Part shown: in pieces, positions 38,191 to 50,016 of the stretch
Layout: each line of letters begins with the position of its first letter
How positions within the stretch are numbered: the stretch's first letter is position 1
From: a virus
Virus record (IMG/VR): IMGVR_UViG_3300042691_027609
Length of the DNA stretch: 64,000 nucleotides
Strand: one strand, 5' to 3'
The notes under the pieces: generated by a model
Database searches by the model: none
What the model was told of the DNA's origin: nothing
The model's input: only the letters and a program-made list of their open reading frames with translations
Made by a program: the position numbers and the translations under genes

Positions 38191-39579
38191 ATGGAAAACA
38201 ACGAAAAGGTTTTGAACACGCTCACTACGTATGGAGCAGGATTTCAATTAAAGGTTTTAAGCAGCTTATTAAAGCACAAAGAGTTTTTACAAGTCATTAA
38301 CGATGTGATAGATCCGCAGATGTTTGATAATCCAAGTTCTCAATGGCTTGTTTCTCAAATTTTAAAATATTATTACAAATATCATACAACCCCGAGTTTA
38401 GATTATCTTCAAATCGAAGTTAAAAAGATCGATAACGAAGTCCTTAAAGTTAGTGTAGTCGATCAACTAAAAGAGGCATACAAAGCGATTAACGAAGATA
38501 GAGATTACGTAGAGCAAGAATTTAGTAATTTTTGTAGAAATCAACAACTTAAAAAAGCGTTATTGACATCTGTAGATTTATTGGGTAAAGGTCAATACGA
38601 AGACATTCGTATTCTTGTCGATCAAGCGTTAAAAGCAGGTCAAGATAAAAATCTTGGTCACGAATATGATAAAGACGTAGAAACACGATATAGAGAAGAA
38701 GAGAGAGGAGCAGTTCCAACTCCATGGGATCATTTAAACGAACTATTGATGGGAGGACTTGGAGCAGGAGATCTAGGCATTATCTTCGGAAATCCAGGCG
38801 GAGGTAAATCATGGATGCTTGTTAATCTTGGAGCTGAAGCTGTAAAAAGAGGCATGAATGTTGCGCATTACACATTAGAACTTTCAGCTGATTATACAGG
38901 TAAACGATATGACTCACTTTTCACTGGAATAGAATTTCAAAATCTATCGGCTAATAGATCTAAAGTAGACGATGTCGTATCTAAGCTTGATGGCAAATTG
39001 ATCATAAAAGAATTTCCAATGGGAAAGACGACTCCTCAGACCATAGAAAACCACATACAAAAATGTAAAGATTTGGATTTTGTACCAGATCTTATCATTA
39101 TAGATTACGTAGATTTGTTATCTTCAAGGAGAAAATCAGTTGATAGAAAAGATGAAATTGACGATGTTTATACCGCTATCAAAGGTATGGCTAGAGAAAT
39201 TAAAATTCCAATTTGGACAGTGTCTCAAGTAAATAGAGCTGGAGCCAAAGATGACGTGATCGAAGGAGACAAAGCCGCTGGATCGTATAATAAAATAATG
39301 ATCGCAGATTTTGCTATGTCTTTATCGAGAAAGAGAGAAGATAAAATAAAGGGAACAGGTCGTATTCACATAATGAAAAACAGATTCGGAGCAGATGGTA
39401 TGACTTATGGATCATTGGTAAATACCCACAATGGCAAGATTGAGATTAACACCTCTGAAATGTCAGAAGATCAATTAAATTTTGATACGGGCAGTAACAA
39501 TACTGGATTCAAAGCATCTCCATTTTCGAGTGTAGAAAAAGATTATTTGAAAACAAAGTTTTTTGAATTAGGTATGTAA
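38191..39579 (+). CDS. Replicative DnaB-like helicase (gp41-like)
   Basis: GNPGGGKS, TLEL, IIDYVD, SQVNR and KNRFG motifs. Confidence 0.93.
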   Translation: MENNEKVLNTLTTYGAGFQLKVLSSLLKHKEFLQVINDVIDPQMFDNPSSQWLVSQILKYYYKYHTTPSLDYLQIEVKKIDNEVLKVSVVDQLKEAYKAINEDRDYVEQEFSNFCRNQQLKKALLTSVDLLGKGQYEDIRILVDQALKAGQDKNLGHEYDKDVETRYREEERGAVPTPWDHLNELLMGGLGAGDLGIIFGNPGGGKSWMLVNLGAEAVKRGMNVAHYTLELSADYTGKRYDSLFTGIEFQNLSANRSKVDDVVSKLDGKLIIKEFPMGKTTPQTIENHIQKCKDLDFVPDLIIIDYVDLLSSRRKSVDRKDEIDDVYTAIKGMAREIKIPIWTVSQVNRAGAKDDVIEGDKAAGSYNKIMIADFAMSLSRKREDKIKGTGRIHIMKNRFGADGMTYGSLVNTHNGKIEINTSEMSEDQLNFDTGSNNTGFKASPFSSVEKDYLKTKFFELGM

Positions 39580-39624
39580 TTTTTCGATAAGTCTCATATT
39601 TATTGATATAAAATCATAATCGCC

Positions 39625-39849
39625 ATGAGATTCTTAATCGACATTTTCAAGAATGCCCCTAAAGGAGACGCTTTTAGAATGTCTGAACCACCTGTAAAAT
39701 ACGCTGACAAAATCAGTCAATTGAACAGCATTGGTTCGGATCAATACCGTAAATTGGATGCTGCTACTTTGAATAAAGTTGCAAAAACCCAAGCCCAATT
39801 GGTAGCTTCTACTAGCGGAAACAACGCAGTACCTGGAGTAAAAGCCTAA
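39625..39849 (+). CDS. Hypothetical protein
   Basis: Own ATATTTAT motif upstream and a hairpin downstream (39885-39912). Confidence 0.6.
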   Translation: MRFLIDIFKNAPKGDAFRMSEPPVKYADKISQLNSIGSDQYRKLDAATLNKVAKTQAQLVASTSGNNAVPGVKA

Positions 39850-39985
39850 TTCAACTGCATAAACTAATACCCGAATTCGGAATAAAGAACCGTTCTTAAT
39901 CGAACGGTTTTTAAGTCTAAAAAAATGAAGCAAAAAAGCTCTGAAAAGAGTTATGTCAACTAGTAACTAACAAACAATTTATAAA

Positions 39986-42066
<2,081 letters not shown>

Positions 42067-42094
42067 ATAGAGTATATTTATTTAAAATAGAAAT

Positions 42095-42301
42095 ATGATT
42101 ACTACTATCATTTTATCGGTCATCGGTCTCTTACAAATTTTTCAATGGATTGAATTGACAAAATTGAAAAGAGAGAATAAATTGCAATGGAACCAAATCA
42201 GAGATTTGGCATCAAATTTTGCTAAACAAATCACTCTACTTAAACATGAGTTCGAACAAAAAGCCGTCCAAAAACCAACAAGAACAAGAAGGGTTGGGTG
42301 A
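42095..42301 (+). CDS. Hypothetical membrane-anchored protein
   Basis: N-terminal hydrophobic segment; upstream ATATTTAT motif. Confidence 0.55.
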   Translation: MITTIILSVIGLLQIFQWIELTKLKRENKLQWNQIRDLASNFAKQITLLKHEFEQKAVQKPTRTRRVG

Positions 42302-42458
42302 TACTATCGCCTATCTAACTTCGCTTCTGCAATTGGATAAACTAGTCAAAGAAGTTACTTCTGCGATGGGAATAGAAGATTGCGGTTGCGATAGGCGTAG
42401 AGAGAAACTAAATGAAATGTTTCCATACAAAAAAGACGAAGAGAAAAAAGAGCAATAA
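42246..42458 (+). CDS. Hypothetical protein
   Basis: GLGDTI...DCGCDRRREKLN motif of a small phage protein type. Confidence 0.65.
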   Translation: MSSNKKPSKNQQEQEGLGDTIAYLTSLLQLDKLVKEVTSAMGIEDCGCDRRREKLNEMFPYKKDEEKKEQ

Positions 42459-42478
42459 ATCAATTATATTAAATAGTT

Positions 42479-44782
42479 ATGAGTAAAAGTTATGTATTAG
42501 TAGACAGCTTAGACAAGCTGAAGCAAATGGTGTCTGAGATCAAATCCAACGATCTTATTGCATTCGATACCGAAACCAATTCACTTAATCCCAGAAAAGG
42601 CAAAATCATAGGATTCAGTATTAGCACCAAACCTGATACTGGTTACTATTTTCCTACGATGTTGTTTCAAAACAATCAACTACAAGACGCAAAGATAGAT
42701 GATCATCTTTGCCACGATCTCGCTAAAAAAGCAATCAATTTACTAGTTGGTAAAAAGCTAGTAATGCATAATGCGAGCTTTGACTGTAGATTCGTAAAAG
42801 CATTTTACGGTATCGATTTGACGCCAAGTCTTTACGTCGATACTGTATTGTTGGTACACACAGTACAAGAAGAAGGCGCTGGATTCGGATCTGGTAAACC
42901 TTTTGGATTGAAAGAGATCGCTAAGTCAATTCAACAACACATCGGTCTTGACGTAGAAAAAGCTGCAAACGAAGAGCAAGTACTACTCAAGCAATCCATC
43001 AAACAAAACGGTGGTCAAACCACAATGGAGAATTACGAGATATGGAAAGCCGATATAAATATTCTTGCAGAGTACGCTGCTGCTGATACTGATCTTACAC
43101 TTCGATTGTATCACCATTTTATTAAGACGCTTCAAGAAGAAGGTCTAGAAAAGTTTTTCTTTGAGGACGAAGTAATGCCTCTGTATAAAGAAGTAACTAT
43201 TCCGATGGAAGAAAGAGGTGTTAGGCTTGATATGGATTTGATAAAGCAAGCCAAACAAGAGTTGGAAGTAGAGATGAAAAAGCTATCTGACGAAGTCATG
43301 AAGACTCTAATATCTGATTCTCGAGTACAACAGTGGGTAATATATAAAGCTACAGAAGCATATCCACCAAATCACAAAGGTACATTTGCTCAGAGACTAA
43401 TCGCAGAAGCTGATCTGGATGTGCCTAAATCTGAAAAGACAGGCAAATATAGCATAACTCAAGCAAACATTACCAGGCTTCCAGAATCAGCACACAAGAA
43501 GTTCCTATTGACTGGTGATCAGAATCTTTTAGATGAAGACATAGTTATCAAGCTTTGCATGAAACTCTGGAAAGAAGACAACGATGGTAAGTTTTTCAAT
43601 ATACAGTCTCGTGATCACTTGGGTGAAATAGCATTCGGCGTACTTGGCATAAAGCCGCTTTCTACTACTGCGAAAGGCAAACCTCAGTTTGATGACAACT
43701 TCATAGAATCTATAATGGATAAATACGATTGGGCTAAAAAGCTACAAATGTATAATCGATTACTCAAAATCAGTTCGACTTACGTAGATAGATTCTTGTA
43801 CGGCCAAGAAGATGGCAGATACTATTTTTCATATAGACAACACGGTACCATTTCAGGTCGATATGGATCTGATGCTCAACAGTTGCCGCGAGTAAAAGAA
43901 GAAGGCGATGACGATCCAATAGTTGTTAAGTACAACAACATGGTTAGAGCATTCTTTATTCACGATGAAGGTAACCTATTCATAGACTCCGATTATGAAT
44001 CTCTTGAGCCTCACGTATTTGGTGATGTATCTGGGGACGAAGGTCTAAAAGACATTTTTAGAAACAATTGGGATTTCTATTCTACTATTGCAATCAAAAC
44101 AGAGAAGCTAGATCAATATTCGCCTGATAAAAAAGCAGAGAATTATCTGCGTAAACAAAGATCTGATATTAGAAACAAAGCGAAAGCTTACGCGCTTGGT
44201 ATTCCATACGGTATGGGTGCCTATGCTCTTGGTCGTAATATCAACGTGGCAACCAAAGAAGCACAAAAACTTGTTGATGGTTATTTAAATGGATTTCCTG
44301 AACTCAAGAAGTGGATGCAAAGATCAGAAAACGATGCTCGCACTCTTGGATACGTTAAGACCAAAGTAGGTCGCATCAGACACTTGCCAAAAGTCAAGAA
44401 GATATACGAAGCTCTTGGAGATGCAATGTTAGATTGGAATACCAAACGTCAATTGGAAAAAGAATACGGCAAAGAAAAGATACTGAATCTGTCTAGAGAC
44501 TTCATTAACGGTTTAAACAATAGTAAAAACTTTCAGATCCAATCGCTTGCAGCTTCGATAGTGAATCGTGCAGCATTAGCCATAAATAGAAAGTTCAAAG
44601 AAGTTGGCATCAATGGTATTGTATTGGCGCAAGTACACGATCAGTTAATCATGGAAGTTGAAGAGTCTCGCATAGAAGAAGCTACAAAGATAGTACAAGA
44701 CGCAATGGAGAATACTACTAAACTTAGTATAGCACTCAAAGCGCCTCCCTCTGTAGCGCACAACTGGCGCGATGGTCACTAA
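42479..44782 (+). CDS. polA: Family-A DNA polymerase with 3'-5' exonuclease
   Basis: FDTET, HNASFD and YAAAD exonuclease motifs; DYESLE, R..AK...L...YG and VHDQ polymerase motifs. Confidence 0.95.
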   Translation: MSKSYVLVDSLDKLKQMVSEIKSNDLIAFDTETNSLNPRKGKIIGFSISTKPDTGYYFPTMLFQNNQLQDAKIDDHLCHDLAKKAINLLVGKKLVMHNASFDCRFVKAFYGIDLTPSLYVDTVLLVHTVQEEGAGFGSGKPFGLKEIAKSIQQHIGLDVEKAANEEQVLLKQSIKQNGGQTTMENYEIWKADINILAEYAAADTDLTLRLYHHFIKTLQEEGLEKFFFEDEVMPLYKEVTIPMEERGVRLDMDLIKQAKQELEVEMKKLSDEVMKTLISDSRVQQWVIYKATEAYPPNHKGTFAQRLIAEADLDVPKSEKTGKYSITQANITRLPESAHKKFLLTGDQNLLDEDIVIKLCMKLWKEDNDGKFFNIQSRDHLGEIAFGVLGIKPLSTTAKGKPQFDDNFIESIMDKYDWAKKLQMYNRLLKISSTYVDRFLYGQEDGRYYFSYRQHGTISGRYGSDAQQLPRVKEEGDDDPIVVKYNNMVRAFFIHDEGNLFIDSDYESLEPHVFGDVSGDEGLKDIFRNNWDFYSTIAIKTEKLDQYSPDKKAENYLRKQRSDIRNKAKAYALGIPYGMGAYALGRNINVATKEAQKLVDGYLNGFPELKKWMQRSENDARTLGYVKTKVGRIRHLPKVKKIYEALGDAMLDWNTKRQLEKEYGKEKILNLSRDFINGLNNSKNFQIQSLAASIVNRAALAINRKFKEVGINGIVLAQVHDQLIMEVEESRIEEATKIVQDAMENTTKLSIALKAPPSVAHNWRDGH

Positions 44783-44823
44783 TGAATTAACTAAAATATC
44801 ATATATTTATTAATAAAAATACC

Positions 44824-45129
44824 GTGAAGCCTTTCGATTACAACAAGTATCTGCAGAATAATTCTCTTCTAAAAGAAGAAAAAATGGAAGAAGCTCAACT
44901 AGATCCAGTAAATCAACAGTTATCAGATTTAGGTCTTAAAGAAGCTAATACTCATTTGGGAAATACGTCTAATGTTCATCCATGGATCCTCACAGCAATG
45001 GAAGAATTAAAAGATGACTTGGATTTTTATTTAGGACCAAAAAATCAATACGCTTTATCGAGAATAGATTTTGATTTCATTAAACAAAAAATGAACAATC
45101 TAACTAGATTAATTAATAAATACAAGTAA
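44824..45129 (+). CDS. Putative internal head protein 1 (tagged N-terminus)
   Basis: GTG start; MKPFDYNKYLQNNSLLKEE. Confidence 0.65.
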   Translation: MKPFDYNKYLQNNSLLKEEKMEEAQLDPVNQQLSDLGLKEANTHLGNTSNVHPWILTAMEELKDDLDFYLGPKNQYALSRIDFDFIKQKMNNLTRLINKYK

Positions 45130-45133
45130 AAAA

Positions 45134-45583
45134 ATGAAATATTTCGATTATAACGAGTACCTAAAGAACAATCCTCTTTTGAAAGAAGAGCAACTAAACG
45201 AGTTTGATTTAACTCCCTTCTACCAAGGACAACTCATACAACAAGCATTGCAAAGTGCTCCACAAGCAATGTCGGAAGCAGACAAGATTCTAACTTACGT
45301 TCTTATGGGCATCGGAGTTGGAGCTATAGGAGGAGGATTAGCCGCCTACGCAAAGGACAAATTTGGATCGCTCAATCCCATACCTATAATCAAACATTGG
45401 TGGGCAGATCGCCAAAAACGTAAAGCACTTGAACCTATTATTGCTAAGCTTAAACAAGACCCTGAGGTGATGAAGTATGTTAGCAATAAGAACATGAGAG
45501 GCATACAAGCCGCTATCAAGAGCAAACTATCTCCAGAAGAACAAAAATACATCGGATCTCTAACAAGAGACGCACTATCATAA
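45134..45583 (+). CDS. Putative internal head protein 2 with a transmembrane helix
   Basis: MKYFDYNEYLKNNPLLKEE; hydrophobic segment ILTYVLMGIGVGAIGGGLAAY. Confidence 0.65.
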   Translation: MKYFDYNEYLKNNPLLKEEQLNEFDLTPFYQGQLIQQALQSAPQAMSEADKILTYVLMGIGVGAIGGGLAAYAKDKFGSLNPIPIIKHWWADRQKRKALEPIIAKLKQDPEVMKYVSNKNMRGIQAAIKSKLSPEEQKYIGSLTRDALS

Positions 45584-45637
45584 CTCAAAAAATAACTGTC
45601 CTGCTACCAAAGGACTACCTATCTAGACCATAGGTGC

Positions 45638-45668
45638 AAGCTTGACCCCGTAAGGTTGAGCTTTTTTT
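45638..45668 (+). terminator. Intrinsic terminator
   Basis: AAGCTTGACC-CCGTAA-GGTTGAGCTT followed by a T run. Confidence 0.8.
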
Positions 45669-45813
45669 ATGTAACCAAAAATATAAAATTCTCCAATTTT
45701 TCGTATTTACGTATATTTATAATAAATAAACAAAGGTACTCGATAGGCCTTTGGTTACGAAACAAATCAATTATTTAACCCGCTGACTGAAAAGCAGCAC
45801 AAAACTTAAAAAC

Positions 45814-46224
45814 ATGAGAGATCTATTACGATCTTTCGAGCTTGATCCGTTTGACTTGCTCTGGAAAGATTTATTTGTATCAAATTCAAACTTCGCGAAT
45901 ATCTCGCATCGCATCACCCATCCTGTAGACATTTACGAAAACGAAGACGGCATCGCATTTGAAATTGCAGCTGTCGGTCTTGACAAAAAAGACATTGAAA
46001 TTTTTGTTGAAGGCGAACAACTTCGTATCAAGTACGAAAAGCCTGAGACAGAAGAACGTCCCGCTATTTATAAGGGCATCAAAAGATCGTCCTTCGATAT
46101 CACATGGAAAATCTCAACCAAATTCGATCTAAACAAGTTAGAGGCCAACTTGGATAAAGGATTGTTGAAGCTCAACATTCCCATTGCGGCAGGCAAAGCC
46201 ATTCGCAAGATCGAACTCAAATAA
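45814..46224 (+). CDS. Small heat-shock protein (Hsp20/alpha-crystallin)
   Basis: PVDIYE..EIAAVG..K.DIEI and A.LDKGLL.L.IP motifs. Confidence 0.92.
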   Translation: MRDLLRSFELDPFDLLWKDLFVSNSNFANISHRITHPVDIYENEDGIAFEIAAVGLDKKDIEIFVEGEQLRIKYEKPETEERPAIYKGIKRSSFDITWKISTKFDLNKLEANLDKGLLKLNIPIAAGKAIRKIELK

Positions 46225-46250
46225 TTAAAAAGGCCTATCGATACCAAGTT

Positions 46251-46439
46251 ATGACAATCTGTAAAGAGGTTTTGAACATCAACGGAACTCTGTTCCTCGT
46301 AAAAAAAGTACTGAGAGAAGAATACTGCAAAGACGTAGAACTGCTAAAACAGTGGTACTTGGCAGATATAGTTTTTAGAAAAGAAACTCTTTTGTATTTT
46401 TGTGAACAGATCGTTGATCTAGATTACGAAACAATTTAA
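46251..46439 (+). CDS. Small hypothetical protein
   Basis: 62-aa ORF between Hsp20 and GroES. Confidence 0.6.
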   Translation: MTICKEVLNINGTLFLVKKVLREEYCKDVELLKQWYLADIVFRKETLLYFCEQIVDLDYETI

Positions 46440-46453
46440 AAAATAAAAACAAC

Positions 46454-46744
46454 ATGAGCAAACTACAACCGATGAACGGAAATGTTATCTTGAAGCCGAT
46501 CGAATCGCAAGAAGAGACATTTGGTAACATCATCATCCCCGACCTTGGCAAAGAGCGTCCTGAAATGGCGCAAGTCGTCGCGACCAGTAAAACATACAAC
46601 TGGCACAACGGCGATCACGTATCGAGCAACCTCGAACCAGGAGAAACAGTACTAATTCCTAAAATGGGCGCAGTAAGAGTAACCATCGATGGAGAAGACT
46701 ATTTCATTTGTAAAGAAACAGAAATTTTATCAAAACTTGCATAA
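46454..46744 (+). CDS. groES: Co-chaperonin GroES
   Basis: LQPMNGNVILK, GNIIIPD and DGEDY..KETEIL motifs. Confidence 0.92.
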   Translation: MSKLQPMNGNVILKPIESQEETFGNIIIPDLGKERPEMAQVVATSKTYNWHNGDHVSSNLEPGETVLIPKMGAVRVTIDGEDYFICKETEILSKLA

Positions 46745-46754
46745 AAAGCACAAT

Positions 46755-48380
46755 ATGTCAACAACACAAAATTTATTCGGTAAAGAATTAAAAGAAAAAT
46801 TGCAAGCCGGCATTCAAAAATTGAACAGCGCGGTTTCATCTACACTCGGTCCCGGTGGCCGTACAGTCTTGATTAAAGAACAATCAGGCGAAGTAAAAGT
46901 TACAAAAGACGGAGTCTCTGTAGCAAAAGCATTTCATAAGCTAGAAGACGACGTAGAAGATTTAGGAGCACAGCTCGTTAAACAAGTAAGTATTAAATCA
47001 GCAAACGAAGCCGGTGACGGAACCACGACATCTACAATCTTGGCAACCAAAATGGTTGAAGAAGGTTTAACCCTAATTCACCAAGGAGTTAACGCAGTAG
47101 CGGTTAAAAAACAAATCGATTCAGCCGTTGATAAAGCCGTAAAGAAAATCAAAGAAATGGCAATTGACGTATCAACAGAAGATCAGATTCGCCAAGTAGC
47201 CACAATCTCAGGCAACAACGATTCAGAAATCGGAGAACTTATCGCTACAGCTATCGATAAAGTAGGTCGTGAAGGAGTTGTTACTATCGAAGAATCTAAA
47301 ACTGGAGAAACACAATTAGAAGTCGTAGAAGGTATGCAGTTCGAACGCGGATACAAATCTCCTTACTTTGTTACCAACAACACAACCATGCAAGCAGTAC
47401 TTGAGGATCCTTACATTTTGATGTATGATGGTCGTATCTCAACTGCACAAGAGTTGTTGCAAGCTCTGACAAAAGCAAACGCAGAAAATAAACCGCTTTT
47501 GATTGTAGCAGAAGATATTGGTGATGAAGCATTAGCAACTTTGATCGTAAATAAAATGCGAGGCATTGTTCAAGTATGTGCTGTTAAAGCTCCTGAGTTT
47601 GGAGAAAGAAAAACTTTGATTCTTGAAGATATGGCCATTTTGACAGGCGGTGAAGTACTATCAAAAGACAAAGGACACAAGCTCGATAAAATTGCTCCTG
47701 CGCAATACGGCGAGTTCCTAGGTAGAGCAAGAATGGTTACGATTAGTAAGGATCAAACAACCATCATTGATGGCAAGGGAGAAGAATCAGCAATCGAATT
47801 GAGAGCTGCAGAAATCAAAGATCAGATCGAGAAAGCCACTTCTTTCTACGAGAAAGAGAAATTACAAGAGCGTCTTGGTAAATTGATCGGAGGTGTTGCT
47901 ATCATCTCTGTAGGTGGTAATTCAGATATCGAAATCAAAGAAAAAGCCGATCGTGTTGAAGACGCACTTTTCGCTACGAAAGCAGCGCTTGCAGAAGGTA
48001 TCGTTCCTGGCGGAGGAATCGTACTTTACGATGTACTCGATTGCTCAGAAGATAACAACGATAAAGGATTACAAATCGTTAGTATGGCATGCGCAGCGCC
48101 TTTCATGAAGATTCTTGAGAACGCAGGAAACGATAAGTGGTACGCAGTTGCTCACGAGATTCACACTTCTAAATTGAAAAATGCTACCTACGATGCCAAG
48201 AATGGCAAAGTGGTTGACGCATTCGAAGCGGGCATCATTGATCCAGCAAAAGTAGTTATCACAGCTCTTAAAAACGCAGCTTCTGTTGCAGGAACTATTC
48301 TAACCACAGAATCAGTCGTGTTTGAGAAATCAGACAAGAAAGCTGATGATGGAGGAATGGGCGGTATGATGGGCATGTAA
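46755..48380 (+). CDS. groEL: Chaperonin GroEL
   Basis: [34 protein letters not shown] and a GGM tail; ATG at 46755 preferred. Confidence 0.97.
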   Translation: MSTTQNLFGKELKEKLQAGIQKLNSAVSSTLGPGGRTVLIKEQSGEVKVTKDGVSVAKAFHKLEDDVEDLGAQLVKQVSIKSANEAGDGTTTSTILATKMVEEGLTLIHQGVNAVAVKKQIDSAVDKAVKKIKEMAIDVSTEDQIRQVATISGNNDSEIGELIATAIDKVGREGVVTIEESKTGETQLEVVEGMQFERGYKSPYFVTNNTTMQAVLEDPYILMYDGRISTAQELLQALTKANAENKPLLIVAEDIGDEALATLIVNKMRGIVQVCAVKAPEFGERKTLILEDMAILTGGEVLSKDKGHKLDKIAPAQYGEFLGRARMVTISKDQTTIIDGKGEESAIELRAAEIKDQIEKATSFYEKEKLQERLGKLIGGVAIISVGGNSDIEIKEKADRVEDALFATKAALAEGIVPGGGIVLYDVLDCSEDNNDKGLQIVSMACAAPFMKILENAGNDKWYAVAHEIHTSKLKNATYDAKNGKVVDAFEAGIIDPAKVVITALKNAASVAGTILTTESVVFEKSDKKADDGGMGGMMGM

Positions 48381-48401
48381 TCAAAATTAGTTCTAAATTA
48401 G

Positions 48402-48432
48402 AGAGCGCCTTAGGGCGCTTTTCTTTTTTTTT
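48402..48432 (+). terminator. Intrinsic terminator after groEL
   Basis: AGAGCGCC-TTAG-GGCGCTTT followed by a T run. Confidence 0.85.
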
Positions 48433-48459
48433 ACATATTTATTAATATAAAAAAAATAA

Positions 48460-48957
48460 ATGAAACCATTCGATTACAACGCGTATTTAAAAAACAATCT
48501 TCTTTTGAAAGAGAGTATTAATGAAGGCGACTTAAAAAGTTTAATAGCACCTCTAACAGCAAAGCTAGAATCAATGGGATATGAGGTAGACTACGATTCT
48601 TCATTCGGTTTTATGCAAATTGAAGCATTCAAAACCCTTCCAGACGGAAGTATATTGAGAATGACAGTAGTACCATCAGATGCAGAATTACAGCAGAAAA
48701 ACTACACCGGAACTTCAGATCAGTTTTCAACTGTGGATGTGGATTTTACTCACTGGACAACTCAAATCACAAAGAAGCTCTTTGGTTTGTACAAATCAAA
48801 GACTCAAGTAATGAATAGACTTCCTGACGACGAAGGAAACAATATAGATTTAGGAACAGGCGTGTTCGATATTCCTGTTGAAGATTCAGTAAATAGAGTC
48901 ATAGGACTTTTAAAGAAAGCAGAAGCAAAAGTTGGTGGTCAAAATAAAAAGCTTTAA
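48460..48957 (+). CDS. Putative internal head protein 3 (tagged N-terminus)
   Basis: MKPFDYNAYLKNNLLLKESINE; has its own promoter motif and terminator. Confidence 0.65.
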   Translation: MKPFDYNAYLKNNLLLKESINEGDLKSLIAPLTAKLESMGYEVDYDSSFGFMQIEAFKTLPDGSILRMTVVPSDAELQQKNYTGTSDQFSTVDVDFTHWTTQITKKLFGLYKSKTQVMNRLPDDEGNNIDLGTGVFDIPVEDSVNRVIGLLKKAEAKVGGQNKKL

Positions 48958-48982
48958 TTAAATAAAAAATATAAAACAAGTG

Positions 48983-49007
48983 AAAGCACCTTTTCGGTGC
49001 TTTTTTT
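48983..49007 (+). terminator. Intrinsic terminator
   Basis: AAAGCACC-TTTTC-GGTGCTTT followed by a T run. Confidence 0.85.
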
Positions 49008-49074
49008 ATGTCTCTTAGAAAATATATTTTCTCTATCTAAAATAATTAGATATATTTAATAAAATTACAAAGTT

Positions 49075-50016
49075 ATGAATAAATTTGCATTAGTTTCTAT
49101 TATGGGGAACGTAGGAACAACATTCAATTCCCAAGGAGGGGGTTATGGATTGATAGCCACCAAAATGATGAGAGATCGATATCCCACCGATCAAATCGAT
49201 GTTAATCCCGATCCTGCAACTTGGCACGACTACGATCACATCTTCGTTTGCGAAGGAGTCAACTTCGTAGAGGGCAGCTTTAATGTTCCCGGTGGACCAC
49301 AACAAGTACATCACGACAAGATGAAAGCAATGGGTGGTTATCAAGGCGGAGTAACATTCATCAATCAAAAGTTCGACTTCGAAACATTCAACAAACGCAT
49401 CGACATCAAATACGCAGAGTTTCCACAAGGCGAAGTGCTAGATCTATTTCTTGTTGAAGGTATTGTCAAAGAGAAATGCGTTATAGGAGATTCACACGCA
49501 TTGAGCGTTTGGCGTCCTGGATTTGGATTAGATTGGACTGCTGGTCGTACTCTACACGGATTCTTGAAGAGAAACACTCCGGAGCAACTCAACGAAAAGT
49601 ACGAAGAGACTGTTCTCTATTTTGGAAATATCGATTTGCGATTCCATCTGATGAGACAAGAAGATCCTGTTGGCGCTACTGTTGATCTGTTTACCAGATA
49701 TGTAGAGTTCGCAAAGCAACTCAACAACGTAACACTAGTAGAACTACTTCCAGTAGAACATGAAAGTCGTAAGATTCCAGGTACGGGCTTATACAAGAAG
49801 CAACCATTTTTTGGAACCAGAGAAGAGAGAATGAAATTAAGAGAAGTTGCCAATAAGATCATCAACGAATCAGGTCTAAAAGTTATTCAGTGGCCACAAG
49901 AGTGGATCGATGAAGACGGTACAAAGATGCTCGATATCCTTGAACAGAAACAATCTGTTCACTTGCGACCAAAAAATTATCCATACATAAACGAAATTAC
50001 GAATGTTTCTAAATAA
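49075..50016 (+). CDS. Hypothetical protein with an SGNH/GDSL-like C-terminal domain
   Basis: IGDSH, FGNID and SVHL blocks resemble SGNH blocks I, III and V. Confidence 0.55.
   Translation: MNKFALVSIMGNVGTTFNSQGGGYGLIATKMMRDRYPTDQIDVNPDPATWHDYDHIFVCEGVNFVEGSFNVPGGPQQVHHDKMKAMGGYQGGVTFINQKFDFETFNKRIDIKYAEFPQGEVLDLFLVEGIVKEKCVIGDSHALSVWRPGFGLDWTAGRTLHGFLKRNTPEQLNEKYEETVLYFGNIDLRFHLMRQEDPVGATVDLFTRYVEFAKQLNNVTLVELLPVEHESRKIPGTGLYKKQPFFGTREERMKLREVANKIINESGLKVIQWPQEWIDEDGTKMLDILEQKQSVHLRPKNYPYINEITNVSK

Noticed and set aside
39850-39985. Cobalamin riboswitch upstream of the class II RNR
   Set aside because: Only a palindrome and a terminator-like hairpin are visible; there is no B12-box consensus and the region is short.
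46689-46754. N-terminal extension of GroEL
   Set aside because: It overlaps groES; the ATG at 46755 gives a normal GroEL N-terminus.
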